Shown: positions 10,536 to 19,816 of the stretch, piece after piece
Layout: every line of letters starts with the position of its first letter
Numbering within the stretch: the first letter of the stretch is position 1
IMG/VR virus record: IMGVR_UViG_3300031884_000939
Span: 94,514 to 158,513 of that record
Length of the DNA stretch: 64,000 nucleotides
Direction: 5' to 3' (one strand)
Origin: a virus
Position numbers and translations under genes: made by a program
The notes under the pieces: model-generated
Seen by the model: only the letters and a program-made list of their open reading frames with translations
The model's database searches: none
What the model was told of the DNA's origin: nothing

Positions 10536-11171
10536 ATGTCACAACCATTTACAATAGGCGGCGGTATCGAAATAGGCGGTGGCATTAGTGTTGGGCAACC
10601 TTCAACTCCCCCAGGCCCTACGGTAACAGGAGTTAATCCTAATTTTGGATATGCCAACGGCAATACTTATGTTGAAGTGTATGGTACTTTATTAGATACA
10701 GTTACATCGTGCTCAATTGGTGGTATTGTTCAAACTCAATTTGTATGTTTTGGTAATCCTACCTTGGCTTATATATTTCAAACAGAACCAGGAGTTGCTG
10801 GCACTGGATTAAGTGTAGAAGTTACCAATCCAGATGGAACAAGTGTTCCAAATACATTGTGGACTTGCTTACCTGCAGTACCTTTCCCAACAGTTACTTC
10901 GATTAGCCCTAATAACGGACCTGCGGCCGGCGGAACACCAGTAACTATCACTGGATCAGGATTTACAGCAGGAGACGATTATAATACCTATCCTCAGTTT
11001 GGGGATCTGCTTGGGTCATGCAGTTTAGCCAATGTTACTATAGATTCAACGACGCAGATATCCGGAATCACTAATCCATTTCCACCAGGTGTATATAATG
11101 TACTGGTTACGACTCCGGCTACTGGTCCAGCTAATCCAGCTACATTAACCAATGGTTGGACTTATACTTAA
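10536..11171 (+). CDS. Tandem IPT/TIG (Ig-like) domain protein with Gly-Ile leader
   Basis: PTVTGVNPNFG..NGNT.V.VYG and PTVTSISPNNGPAAGGTPVTITGSGF motifs. Confidence 0.8.
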   Translation: MSQPFTIGGGIEIGGGISVGQPSTPPGPTVTGVNPNFGYANGNTYVEVYGTLLDTVTSCSIGGIVQTQFVCFGNPTLAYIFQTEPGVAGTGLSVEVTNPDGTSVPNTLWTCLPAVPFPTVTSISPNNGPAAGGTPVTITGSGFTAGDDYNTYPQFGDLLGSCSLANVTIDSTTQISGITNPFPPGVYNVLVTTPATGPANPATLTNGWTYT

Positions 11172-11323
11172 CATCCGCATTAATATGCCCGCTGGCACGG
11201 TTCCAACTGTAAAAAATCCTAGGCCATTAACTACCCACTAAATAATATTAGCAACATACACTCGTGACTTAGTTGAGTATAAAATTAAGCTGGTGGGTCG
11301 GTAAACTCGGTAATAATAAAACC

Positions 11324-11348
11324 AAAAAGCACCTTACGGTGCTTTTTT
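11324..11348 (+). terminator. Intrinsic terminator
   Basis: AAAAAGCACC-TTAC-GGTGCTTTTTT. Confidence 0.8.
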
Positions 11349-11399
11349 GTTGACTTTTAACTTTAGCTAAATACATTATAAGTTTAAAGGATAACAATC

Positions 11400-12473
11400 A
11401 TGGTAGCACCATTACAAATTGGCGGTGGAATTAATATAGGCGGTGGAATTAGTGTTGGCCCAGCGGGCCCAGGACCTGCGACTATCCCAATCTTAGATAT
11501 AACAGGACATACATTTGGCCAACCATTTGCTGACGTTACATTTGACATAACCAGTGATGGCGGCAGTCCTATAATTGAAGCCGGAGTCATCTGGGGATTG
11601 CCCGGGCAGACAACTTATGCTATCAGCGTAGATAGTTGTGTGACAACTAGCACTACTTCAGAAAGAAAAGCTGTACGAAGCGGCGACGATTGTGGAAATC
11701 CAATACTTACTGGAATTACCGGATCACAAACAGTTGGCTTTAACGCTAGTGAATTTCTATATGAATCTATCAATGCAGTCGCTTATGCTATCAATTCAGT
11801 AGGTATATCATATAGTCCCACAGTACTAACTTGGGTTCCTACTATTTGTTTAGCTGAAGGAACATTGATCACATTAGCAGATGAAAGTACAAAACCCATT
11901 GAAAATATTCTAATGTCAGACGTGATTCGAGTTTGGGATTTTGATAAAGGTGTATTTGCTTCAGCCAAACCGTTATGGATCAAACAAAAAGAAACAACTA
12001 TGCGGTATAACTTACTAACATTTAGTGATGGAACAACACTTAAAACTATTGAACAGCACAGAATTTTTAATAAGGAAGCTGGAGCATTTACTTACCCAAT
12101 GACTGATGATACTCCTATTGGCACTACAACTATTAATGTATTGGGCAATGAGATTACATTAGTTGATAAGTGTGTTATGATTGACACAGTTAATTACTAC
12201 AATGTAATTACAGAACACTACCTAAACTTATATGCTGACGGCATTTTAACCAGTATGCGTTATAACAACATCTATCCTATTGTTAATATGAAGTTTGTCA
12301 AAGACTCTCGTCAACTGCGTAAGCGTAACGAGTTTGTTGGTATAGACCAGCGTTGGATTGATGGGTTGCGATTAACAGAGCAAACAATACCATTAGCAGC
12401 TATTAAACGATACACACAGCGACTAGAGTACACAGACGCTAATCAGCAGATAATAAAGGAAACAATATCATGA
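11400..12473 (+). CDS. Hint (intein/hedgehog-like) domain protein with Gly-Ile leader and FN3-like N-terminal part
   Basis: CLAEGTLITLAD block A, LKTIEQHRIF block B, YYNVITEHYLNLYADGILTS blocks F/G without His-Asn. Confidence 0.8.
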   Translation: MVAPLQIGGGINIGGGISVGPAGPGPATIPILDITGHTFGQPFADVTFDITSDGGSPIIEAGVIWGLPGQTTYAISVDSCVTTSTTSERKAVRSGDDCGNPILTGITGSQTVGFNASEFLYESINAVAYAINSVGISYSPTVLTWVPTICLAEGTLITLADESTKPIENILMSDVIRVWDFDKGVFASAKPLWIKQKETTMRYNLLTFSDGTTLKTIEQHRIFNKEAGAFTYPMTDDTPIGTTTINVLGNEITLVDKCVMIDTVNYYNVITEHYLNLYADGILTSMRYNNIYPIVNMKFVKDSRQLRKRNEFVGIDQRWIDGLRLTEQTIPLAAIKRYTQRLEYTDANQQIIKETIS

Positions 12474-12476
12474 CAG

Positions 12477-12812
12477 CTACTGCTCAATATGACGACATTT
12501 GCCCCTAAATTTATATCCTGGACAAGAGCATTGACTTACACCGTTTACTTCAGTAATGGTATATTTTTCTCCCTTGCTTCCTAACACAATTTTAACAAAG
12601 CCTTCTGGAATTACTTCCTTAGGAATAAAGTTCCAAGTATTATTGATCTCTTTAAATTTGCGACGACTAGCACTAAAGGGTAATGGGTTATTGAATTCTT
12701 TAATCTCGCCTGTACTCTTTTTTACATAAGCAAACATCTTATCTTTGCTGTCATTAACAAAGTAAACATGATTAGGCAAGTCCCAATCGGTTACTTCCTT
12801 TATTGTTTTCAT
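12477..12812 (-). CDS. SWIM zinc-finger protein
   Basis: GSKGEKY...CSCPGYKFRGKCRH. Confidence 0.8.
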   Translation of the reverse strand: MKTIKEVTDWDLPNHVYFVNDSKDKMFAYVKKSTGEIKEFNNPLPFSASRRKFKEINNTWNFIPKEVIPEGFVKIVLGSKGEKYTITEVNGVSQCSCPGYKFRGKCRHIEQ

Positions 12813-13153
12813 CCTGTTACTCTTTCGTTAGGTTTATAATCACGCACCATTTTAACTAAACGATCGCGATGTAGCGTAATACACTCCACTACACGATCAT
12901 AAGCGTCTGCTGAGTGCCCGCCAATATGCCAAGCATATTCAAACATTGGCGTATGATAACCCATCTTCCAATCATAAATTGAAGCAATGGTGCCATCTTC
13001 AAACTTTAATGCCCATTCACAACTAGACTTATCCAAGTCAGCGTTAGGACCAACATCAGGGCGACCAAATATCTCTACAAGTTCAGAAAATGTAATTGGG
13101 AACTCACCCTTTGAACTAGTCATATTAACATTAGCTCGATTAGTAAATTTCAT
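12809..13153 (-). CDS. Conserved phage hypothetical protein
   Basis: LVEIFGRP...EW..ASIYDWK...WHIGG motif. Confidence 0.65.
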   Translation of the reverse strand: MKFTNRANVNMTSSKGEFPITFSELVEIFGRPDVGPNADLDKSSCEWALKFEDGTIASIYDWKMGYHTPMFEYAWHIGGHSADAYDRVVECITLHRDRLVKMVRDYKPNERVTG

Positions 13154-13544
13154 CTTCTTCTTCCTCTTCTTCAATATTCTCGTCACTAGTATCAATAACT
13201 ACGCTACCAAATCTAATTACACCGCCTGCACTAAATGTACTAAAGTCTTGTAGAAATTCAATTACGCGACCACTACCCAAATTCTCAATCTCTGACGGGG
13301 CGATATCTTTAACATTAATACAACCAATTAGGCCAGCATCTACTGGATACTTGTTACCTTGCTCGTCAACGTAAGTGCCATCACCATACTTGGTAGTAAA
13401 TGTAGCAAAACGAGTACCATCTTTAAGATTAAACTCGCCGTCTAGTACATTGTTGTCACTACAAGTTAAACTACAAAACTCGTCCCACCGATCGTTTAGG
13501 ACATAACAAAGATCGCCAATATAGAATGTTCCAGCTTTCATCAT
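13140..13544 (-). CDS. Conserved phage hypothetical protein
   Basis: YIGDLCYVL, TKYGDGTY.D, VDAGLIGC motifs; acidic tail. Confidence 0.7.
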   Translation of the reverse strand: MMKAGTFYIGDLCYVLNDRWDEFCSLTCSDNNVLDGEFNLKDGTRFATFTTKYGDGTYVDEQGNKYPVDAGLIGCINVKDIAPSEIENLGSGRVIEFLQDFSTFSAGGVIRFGSVVIDTSDENIEEEEEEDEIY

Positions 13545-13708
13545 TGCTTAATCTCCAAAATATCATCTATCGCAAAATTATCACCATCATAAGGCTCGCC
13601 AATATTAGCCGTACCCGACATAACCATGTCGCGGGCTTGATCTTCTGACTCAGCTTCCACAGTAAACCGATAACAAACTGTTTCGCTACAAAGAATTTCA
13701 AATTTCAT
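13541..13708 (-). CDS. Small protein with VEAESEDQA motif (DpnD/PcfM-like)
   Basis: F.VEAESEDQARD motif. Confidence 0.5.
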   Translation of the reverse strand: MKFEILCSETVCYRFTVEAESEDQARDMVMSGTANIGEPYDGDNFAIDDILEIKQ

Positions 13709-13905
13709 ACTGTTACCATCTCCCAATTATAAATCCTGCGTTCCATTTCAGCGTTAATAACATCACGGATCAATGCTTCCACTGTATCGACTGAATCACA
13801 ACGATTAAATGTTTCAGCAAGGCCTTCTAATTCTTTAGTAGGCATTGCCTTAACCATTGCTTGATATTGTGCTTTAGTTGGGATTTTATTGTAGGATGAT
13901 TTCAT
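13705..13905 (-). CDS. Hypothetical early protein
   Basis: AAGGAG RBS; in an operon behind an early promoter. Confidence 0.55.
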   Translation of the reverse strand: MKSSYNKIPTKAQYQAMVKAMPTKELEGLAETFNRCDSVDTVEALIRDVINAEMERRIYNWEMVTV

Positions 13906-13915
13906 TAAGTTCTCC

Positions 13916-14197
13916 TTATTCAGACAAGTTAATAATACGAGCGTCATATTCCATGAAGCTCACTTGCATTGGGACGAACACTTCTTTAGTAACACGACCA
14001 CCATAACCAAATGCTGTATATTCTTTATTGTCAAACACATCTTTAGTAACACGGATTTTGAAAGCCTTGTAACCTTGACTGTTGTCAATAGCTAAAACTT
14101 TACCTTCTACGAAACAGTCACTACGACCAATCATTGGCTTAAAGTCATAAGCACGGATAGTTTGACCAACTTTAGCGATATTTTGGAATTTCAACAT
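13916..14197 (-). CDS. Conserved early phage protein (SH3-like)
   Basis: VGQTIRAYDFKPM...CFVEGKV; RBS and promoter upstream. Confidence 0.65.
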   Translation of the reverse strand: MLKFQNIAKVGQTIRAYDFKPMIGRSDCFVEGKVLAIDNSQGYKAFKIRVTKDVFDNKEYTAFGYGGRVTKEVFVPMQVSFMEYDARIINLSE

Positions 14198-14202
14198 TTA
14201 AT

Positions 14203-14258
14203 GCTCCTTTTCATTTACTATACATGCAGTATAGCTGATTGGCAATTTCTCGTCAACC
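14203..14258 (-). promoter_or_regulatory. Early sigma70 promoter with conserved ATAGTAAA leader
   Basis: GGTTGACG-N17-TATACT-N6-ATAGTAAATG...AAGGAG. Confidence 0.8.
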
Positions 14259-14310
14259 AAAATCTACTCGGAGCAGACCCATATAGATAGGGCCTAGTTT
14301 CGTTGTTTTC

Positions 14311-15375
14311 TTACAACAAACCGTACTTTTTGAGGATTTCCAGGGATTTTATAGCTGAATTAGCCCAAGAGTACTTAGACCTTATGATTTCACTGTTTTT
14401 AGCGGCTTGAACGCTAAGACTAGCATAATTGTCATATGCTTGTTTAATTGCTGTGGCTATGCTGTCTACACTACTGACTGCCCACTTACCATAGTTACCA
14501 TCGGGTGCTGGATAAAACTCTTGATATTCAGGACAAGCGATAGGTTCTAACTCATAAGGAACTAATACGCAAGATGATTTAATATCTTGTATAAACTCTG
14601 TTTGTCCCGAATGATATGTAGTAATTAATGGTAGCCCACAAGCCGCGGCTTCAATTAAAGGTAAGCCCCAACCTTCTGCCTTTGACGGAAATAAGAATAC
14701 ATCAGCTGACCTATACAAGTTAGATAAGTCTTCGATAGTTCTGTGTCCCCATATCAATTTAATATTGTTCGCACCTGTGCTTGCTATCTTAGCATCTAGC
14801 TCTGCTTTCTTTGATTCAACATTACGGAAGAAGTCAGATTTGATTACTAACTCTACATTGGGATTATTACCAAATACACGAGCAAAAGCATCAATACTTT
14901 CTTCAACTGACTTACGCATTTCGTATTTGCCAATCAATAAGAATCTAAACTTATCGTGCGTAGGTTTGAAATAAGGATGAAAGGTATTACCATCAACACC
15001 TTCAGGTACAACATCAATTTGAATAGGTTTTAATCCATTCTCTAAAGACATCTTGCGACCCCATTCAGTTGGCAGCCATAGTTGATGCTTTTTCATTATG
15101 TCTAACAACTTAGGTGGAATAACTGTAGATTCAAACACGCACCAATTAATATTATTGCCGTTGAAGTATTCATTTAGGTTAGCACATACAAAAGCAATAT
15201 TGATATCGCCCTGTTTACTAGCCGATGCCGCAACTTTGATAGCTTCCTGATTTTGGAAGTCAACTAATTCAAGAACAGGCTTCATGCCTTTAATTTCAGC
15301 AATAGCTTTGGAGTAGTGATGGAAGTGTGTACCAATGCCGCTATCATTGGCTTGGCCTATAAGTCTAATCTTCAT
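14311..15375 (-). CDS. Glycosyltransferase family 4 (GT-B)
   Basis: RK, ADVFLFPSKAEGWGLPLIEAAACGLPLITT. Confidence 0.9.
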   Translation of the reverse strand: MKIRLIGQANDSGIGTHFHHYSKAIAEIKGMKPVLELVDFQNQEAIKVAASASKQGDINIAFVCANLNEYFNGNNINWCVFESTVIPPKLLDIMKKHQLWLPTEWGRKMSLENGLKPIQIDVVPEGVDGNTFHPYFKPTHDKFRFLLIGKYEMRKSVEESIDAFARVFGNNPNVELVIKSDFFRNVESKKAELDAKIASTGANNIKLIWGHRTIEDLSNLYRSADVFLFPSKAEGWGLPLIEAAACGLPLITTYHSGQTEFIQDIKSSCVLVPYELEPIACPEYQEFYPAPDGNYGKWAVSSVDSIATAIKQAYDNYASLSVQAAKNSEIIRSKYSWANSAIKSLEILKKYGLL

Positions 15376-15388
15376 TAAACTTAATTAG

Positions 15389-16516
15389 TTAAGATAATTG
15401 TTCCCAGGATAAAAACTGTGCGTTCTTCAGGGATTGGACACGGGCTGTTGGATTAGTTTCAAAGATACCATTAGCATAACGAACATGGATTTCTACTTGT
15501 GCGTTTTCTTCTGAGTCTTTCATACCAATCAATGCTATGAACTTCATTGTTGCGCCTTCCGGAGCGGCAAACACAACATCTTTAAGTGTTAAGTCAGCTA
15601 CGTCATCGATGGATGGAACATAGTACACATGACTTGGGTTAACATAAAAGAAAGGACGCTTAACAAACTTAACTAGCTTGGCCGCTGTACCACCTTGTGA
15701 TAAGTGTGCTTTCATAATGGCTGTAAACTTCTCGGCAATAGCTTCAACTAATGGCGCCATTAAACCTTTTTGGGTAGCATAATTAGCTACAAACCAATCA
15801 CCAAATGCTCGTTGCCAATAAGCATTCTTTTCCATGTCAGCCATAATCTCTTGGCTAGTTCCTACTTTTTGATTCTTGCCGTTACAAGTAAACTTCTTAG
15901 TCTTAGGATCAAATACAACATAATATTTGGCTGTATCTTTGCCGCCAACAGGAACACCTGGATTCTTTTGTGCTAACTGTAACACTTGGGTGAACACACC
16001 TTTTTTCCAAGAAAGATATTCTGGACGAGCATAGCGTAAGAAAGCATCGCCGCCTACTTCTAAACCTAAGTCCTTAGGACTAGGATTGTTTAATGTAATA
16101 CCAGACTTTTCTTTAATTGATACCCCGGATATAGTGCTACCAACGAACTCAATATCAGCACTTGTTTCTGGATTAATATTTGCTCCGCCTGCCCAATCAA
16201 ACTGATCAACTACTTCACCCACTTCAACTAACTTATTAACTACGATAGGCTTAACAGTAGCTTGGGCATAATCATACCAACGCTTTAACAGTTCAGGATT
16301 ATATGCCGGTGCTAACAACTTTTTAATGTCATTATATGTATTTTGTGGATTGGCTAGCATACTAGGAGGAATACTGCGCTCAGGTTTGCTAGGATCAAAC
16401 TTATCAACATTAGCACTACAAAAGCTCAATAACATTCCTATTTCGGAGTTATAACGAACAGCATCGGACTTGCCGCCTTCGTTTAATTGTTCGTCTTGGA
16501 ATTCAAATAATCTCAT
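15389..16516 (-). CDS. Putative PD-(D/E)xK restriction-like endonuclease with capsid-targeting-like N-terminus
   Basis: E...ADIEF.....GVSIK catalytic-like motif; MRLFEFQDEQLNE start; CTAAATA 7 nt before ATG. Confidence 0.5.
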   Translation of the reverse strand: MRLFEFQDEQLNEGGKSDAVRYNSEIGMLLSFCSANVDKFDPSKPERSIPPSMLANPQNTYNDIKKLLAPAYNPELLKRWYDYAQATVKPIVVNKLVEVGEVVDQFDWAGGANINPETSADIEFVGSTISGVSIKEKSGITLNNPSPKDLGLEVGGDAFLRYARPEYLSWKKGVFTQVLQLAQKNPGVPVGGKDTAKYYVVFDPKTKKFTCNGKNQKVGTSQEIMADMEKNAYWQRAFGDWFVANYATQKGLMAPLVEAIAEKFTAIMKAHLSQGGTAAKLVKFVKRPFFYVNPSHVYYVPSIDDVADLTLKDVVFAAPEGATMKFIALIGMKDSEENAQVEIHVRYANGIFETNPTARVQSLKNAQFLSWEQLS

Positions 16517-16526
16517 GGTTATATAT

Positions 16527-17471
16527 TTAGCAATTCCAAATGTAAATCTTATCCTGTTTCTTTTTACCTTTTGCTTGCCCTAACTGCTGTAATAAATCCT
16601 CTTCCCCATGGCATGGAGTTAACCCATATTTGATAGCATCATCATACATTTTAGGGCTAATATTAAAGCATACAGTTCCGCCCTGCTTAATATTATCCAC
16701 ACATTTTTGCCACAAGGGAATAAAGAATCCTTCATAAAAGGCTTTATCGTTTTCCCAGGGCTTCATGTTCTTGTATAATTCCATATTAATATATGGCGGG
16801 CTAGTTAATACAAAATCATAATTAATTTTGGAGAAATCTACATCCAAGCAACTGTCCCAAATCATTTCTAATTTAGAGGGATTTTCCATAGAAAATAAGC
16901 CATTACCAAAGCTGACTTTATTATCTAAAAAGTCTATCATGCCGTCGTATGCTGGCTTCATATCTATATTAGTATCAATGCCCACATAGTCTATGCCTAA
17001 ACTCCATGCGCCCAACATACGGCCGCCCCAACCTGCTGTGGGATCTAATACTGCTGTAGCATTATATTTCTTATACAAGTATTTGGCTGTTACGGATTTA
17101 AACATAACAATCGAACCAGTATTAATTCTATAACATTCAAATATATTATTAGCAGGGACCTTGCCGCCTCTATTTCTTTTGCGAGTTTGTTCAATTAAGA
17201 AAGCCTTTTTAACAGGATCGGCCCACATCTCATATAATGTTTCCCTGGGCTTGCCTGAACGCTCTCTAGTACAATATAATAAATTAGGAAATTGAAAGTG
17301 ATAAAGGAAACGATTGCCAGCAAAGTTATTTTCGTTATTAATGCCGTCGTATTTGTTTAAATTAGCCAAATCTTTATTCAGCTCTATATCAGATATTTGT
17401 TTATGATTAACGATATCTTCTATAGTTACTAACTCTAAATGGTCATTAACAGTTCTTACTTTTTTATTCAT
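16527..17471 (-). CDS. Amino (m4C/m6A) DNA methyltransferase
   Basis: Motif I VLDPTAGWGGR...YVGID and motif IV TSPPY. Confidence 0.85.
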   Translation of the reverse strand: MNKKVRTVNDHLELVTIEDIVNHKQISDIELNKDLANLNKYDGINNENNFAGNRFLYHFQFPNLLYCTRERSGKPRETLYEMWADPVKKAFLIEQTRKRNRGGKVPANNIFECYRINTGSIVMFKSVTAKYLYKKYNATAVLDPTAGWGGRMLGAWSLGIDYVGIDTNIDMKPAYDGMIDFLDNKVSFGNGLFSMENPSKLEMIWDSCLDVDFSKINYDFVLTSPPYINMELYKNMKPWENDKAFYEGFFIPLWQKCVDNIKQGGTVCFNISPKMYDDAIKYGLTPCHGEEDLLQQLGQAKGKKKQDKIYIWNC

Positions 17472-17749
17472 TGCTTTTCAAACAACCATAAATCTTCAAA
17501 ATTGCCACCTTTCATCTTGGCCGCTTGGCGTCCTGTGGAAATGGCACTCCATTGTACTTTATAACGGCCTGTATTAGTTAAATGGCGACTAACAACCTCC
17601 ATCATATCTTCACTAATTGTAACATCTTCTTTGGTTTTAGTTGACCCGTCTACACTAATTGAATCAAAATTCAATCTAAGTTTAATTTCTTCATGGAGAG
17701 CTTGATTGCTCTCCATTAATCTGCCTTCATAGTATTCGTTGCTACCCAT
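17468..17749 (-). CDS. Hypothetical protein coupled to the methyltransferase
   Basis: ATGA overlap; TTGACA-N17-TATACT promoter at 17804-17776. Confidence 0.5.
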   Translation of the reverse strand: MGSNEYYEGRLMESNQALHEEIKLRLNFDSISVDGSTKTKEDVTISEDMMEVVSRHLTNTGRYKVQWSAISTGRQAAKMKGGNFEDLWLFEKQ

Positions 17750-17800
17750 ATGCTAATCCAATTAAGTAAAAGCATAGTATAGCACTCAATTTAACTATTG

Positions 17801-18022
17801 TCAAACATCTTCGCCTTTTAATATTCGCCATGCTTTGGGCTCTAATCGTACATACTGCCAAAACCATCGCTTAACTCGTTTGGAGTAGCGTAATCTAAAA
17901 TATCGCTTTTCGGTTCTAAACATAAACCCAAAGCTATCCTTGTCGGATAATGGATAAAAGGTTAGTCCGTTGTTTAAGTATTCGCCTTCTTGGTGTCGAA
18001 TATGTAAGTATCTCATGCCCAC
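17801..18022 (-). CDS. Hypothetical small basic protein
   Basis: Coupled ORF in the small-gene array. Confidence 0.5.
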   Translation of the reverse strand: MGMRYLHIRHQEGEYLNNGLTFYPLSDKDSFGFMFRTEKRYFRLRYSKRVKRWFWQYVRLEPKAWRILKGEDV

Positions 18023-18246
18023 CTTAACATAAACATTAGATAGGCTTGTTCACTGTCAAACATAATTTCATCGTATCCACTACCAGATCTGACAGATAAC
18101 CCGTGTGTTTCTTTAAGCCATTGATCTCTTTCAATGCTGTTATTAAATAACCAATCCCCGCGAGTAGCTGTCACACAATTTCGCATTGGGGCAATAATGT
18201 TAGATAGTCGTACAGAATACATTGTTTTTACCAACTCTTGGCGCAT
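18013..18246 (-). CDS. Small protein, LKW-motif family
   Basis: C-terminus FDSEQAYLMFMLRWA. Confidence 0.7.
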   Translation of the reverse strand: MRQELVKTMYSVRLSNIIAPMRNCVTATRGDWLFNNSIERDQWLKETHGLSVRSGSGYDEIMFDSEQAYLMFMLRWA

Positions 18247-18482
18247 AAGGCATAATGTACATATACCTTTTCTTCCATAAGAATAATGTTGTTGCTAAAA
18301 ACTGTCCCCCATCCATTCATGTTAGGATAATTTTCCTCTAGCCACTTTAATACATCGCAGTCGCCGTTAATGCGCCACAGTACTTGGTCTTCCCACTCTT
18401 TGGTTTCATTGTTCCATACTTTCTTTTTAGTAGCTCTGCGGCGCCATTGTTCTTCTTCTACATAATCAACCATAATATTCAC
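18228..18482 (-). CDS. Small protein, probable divergent LKW-family member
   Basis: WLEENY internal motif; C-terminus MEEKVYVHYAL. Confidence 0.55.
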   Translation of the reverse strand: MNIMVDYVEEEQWRRRATKKKVWNNETKEWEDQVLWRINGDCDVLKWLEENYPNMNGWGTVFSNNIILMEEKVYVHYALCAKSW

Positions 18483-18483
18483 A

Positions 18484-18723
18484 CTAACTCCATTTTAATA
18501 CAAACATTGTATAATTAGATTCAATCCTAAATGTAATATAAAAATAACTTTTATGATAATTTCTATTTAAACGGCCCCCGAATTCTAATAATTTACTATT
18601 AACTAGTTTACCCCAGTCGTCCCTATTTAATAATATACTGTCCTTATAATCAGGAAATACATAATTCATAAAATTATCCCACCACACGGGTTTTTCATTA
18701 CGGCCTAATTCAATACAAATCAT
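18484..18723 (-). CDS. Small protein, LKW-motif family
   Basis: C-terminus FRIESNYTMFVLKWS. Confidence 0.7.
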   Translation of the reverse strand: MICIELGRNEKPVWWDNFMNYVFPDYKDSILLNRDDWGKLVNSKLLEFGGRLNRNYHKSYFYITFRIESNYTMFVLKWS

Positions 18724-18896
18724 AATTAATATCCTTTATTTGGCGGCAGGCCTGCGTGGTTTACTATGATCCCTCCTTAATTCAATAAACAATCTATTGC
18801 GCCTATAATGAATTAAATCCATTATACTAGCAATTAAAAATGCCATAAAGATTAATCCCGTTAATATTGCAAGAATTAATATTAAAATAATTAAAA

Positions 18897-19118
18897 TTAA
18901 CTCCATTTTAATAAAAACATCATAGCGTCATGCTCTGTATTAAATTTAACCATAAAATCCCCGTCAATACCATTTTCAACGTCAATTATATTAAATTGAC
19001 TACAAAAATAATCGTGTTGAATTGGCATGGGTCGCCCAGTATCTGTTAATGAGCAAGCCGCACGATGAAATGCCCTAAAAGGAATTTGAATTTCTATCCC
19101 CATTTTAATAAAAACCAA
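18897..19118 (-). CDS. Small protein, LKW-motif family
   Basis: C-terminus FNTEHDAMMFLLKWS. Confidence 0.7.
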   Translation of the reverse strand: MVFIKMGIEIQIPFRAFHRAACSLTDTGRPMPIQHDYFCSQFNIIDVENGIDGDFMVKFNTEHDAMMFLLKWS

Positions 19119-19360
19119 GAATAATCTTTTTCTTTACGAAAATATAATTGAACTCCCACAGCCGTATGGGCAAAATTACCTGTACTTTCATAATGTGGGC
19201 GCCAACACCAACGAGGGTTATTTTTACGAGTAAATCCCTGGGAGCCTAAATTCTTCTGTAGCCAAGCAAAAATATCATCAACATAATTATCCTCGTCTTC
19301 AATTATATTAATAGCATAAGGCCAACGACGCTCTACTATTCTACGCTCGTGACTATTCAC
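19094..19360 (-). CDS. Small protein, LKW-motif family
   Basis: C-terminus FRKEKDYSWFLLKWG. Confidence 0.7.
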   Translation of the reverse strand: MNSHERRIVERRWPYAINIIEDEDNYVDDIFAWLQKNLGSQGFTRKNNPRWCWRPHYESTGNFAHTAVGVQLYFRKEKDYSWFLLKWG

Positions 19361-19361
19361 A

Positions 19362-19586
19362 TTAACCCCATTTTAACATAAACCAAGTATAATCTTCGTC
19401 ATGGTCAAAGATATATGTTATATTGCCGGGACCGTGTGAACCGTCAGGATCAACACGGCATTTAAATGCTTCACGCCACCGTTGACCATATTGGCGGGGA
19501 GTTTCCAATCGTGCTACAGGTAATGTTCTTTTGGCATTCCAATAAGCTCGATTAAAAGCATCATCTTTAATATTAACGCGAATCAT
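19362..19586 (-). CDS. Small protein, LKW-motif family
   Basis: C-terminus FDHDEDYTWFMLKWG. Confidence 0.7.
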   Translation of the reverse strand: MIRVNIKDDAFNRAYWNAKRTLPVARLETPRQYGQRWREAFKCRVDPDGSHGPGNITYIFDHDEDYTWFMLKWG

Positions 19587-19816
19587 ATATAAATTAATCC
19601 AAATAATGTGGCCATTCCAGGGTCTTTAAAACACATAGCAATATAAGCTATATTATTCTTTTTATATGTATAATGCTCATATTCAATATCTTCATGATAA
19701 TTACGGCCAGCTAACCAAGCAGACATATACCAATATTGATGCTTGTGCATTTCAATATGTACTTGATGGGGATAATGTATAGCTATATCTTTAACAATTA
19801 AATCGAAATTATTCAT
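19583..19816 (-). CDS. Small protein, LKW-motif family (variant)
   Basis: C-terminus FKDPGMATLFGLIY. Confidence 0.65.
   Translation of the reverse strand: MNNFDLIVKDIAIHYPHQVHIEMHKHQYWYMSAWLAGRNYHEDIEYEHYTYKKNNIAYIAMCFKDPGMATLFGLIYI

Noticed and set aside
11847-12260. Canonical splicing intein
   Set aside because: Lacks the terminal His-Asn and an endonuclease domain; treated as a cleavage-type Hint domain.
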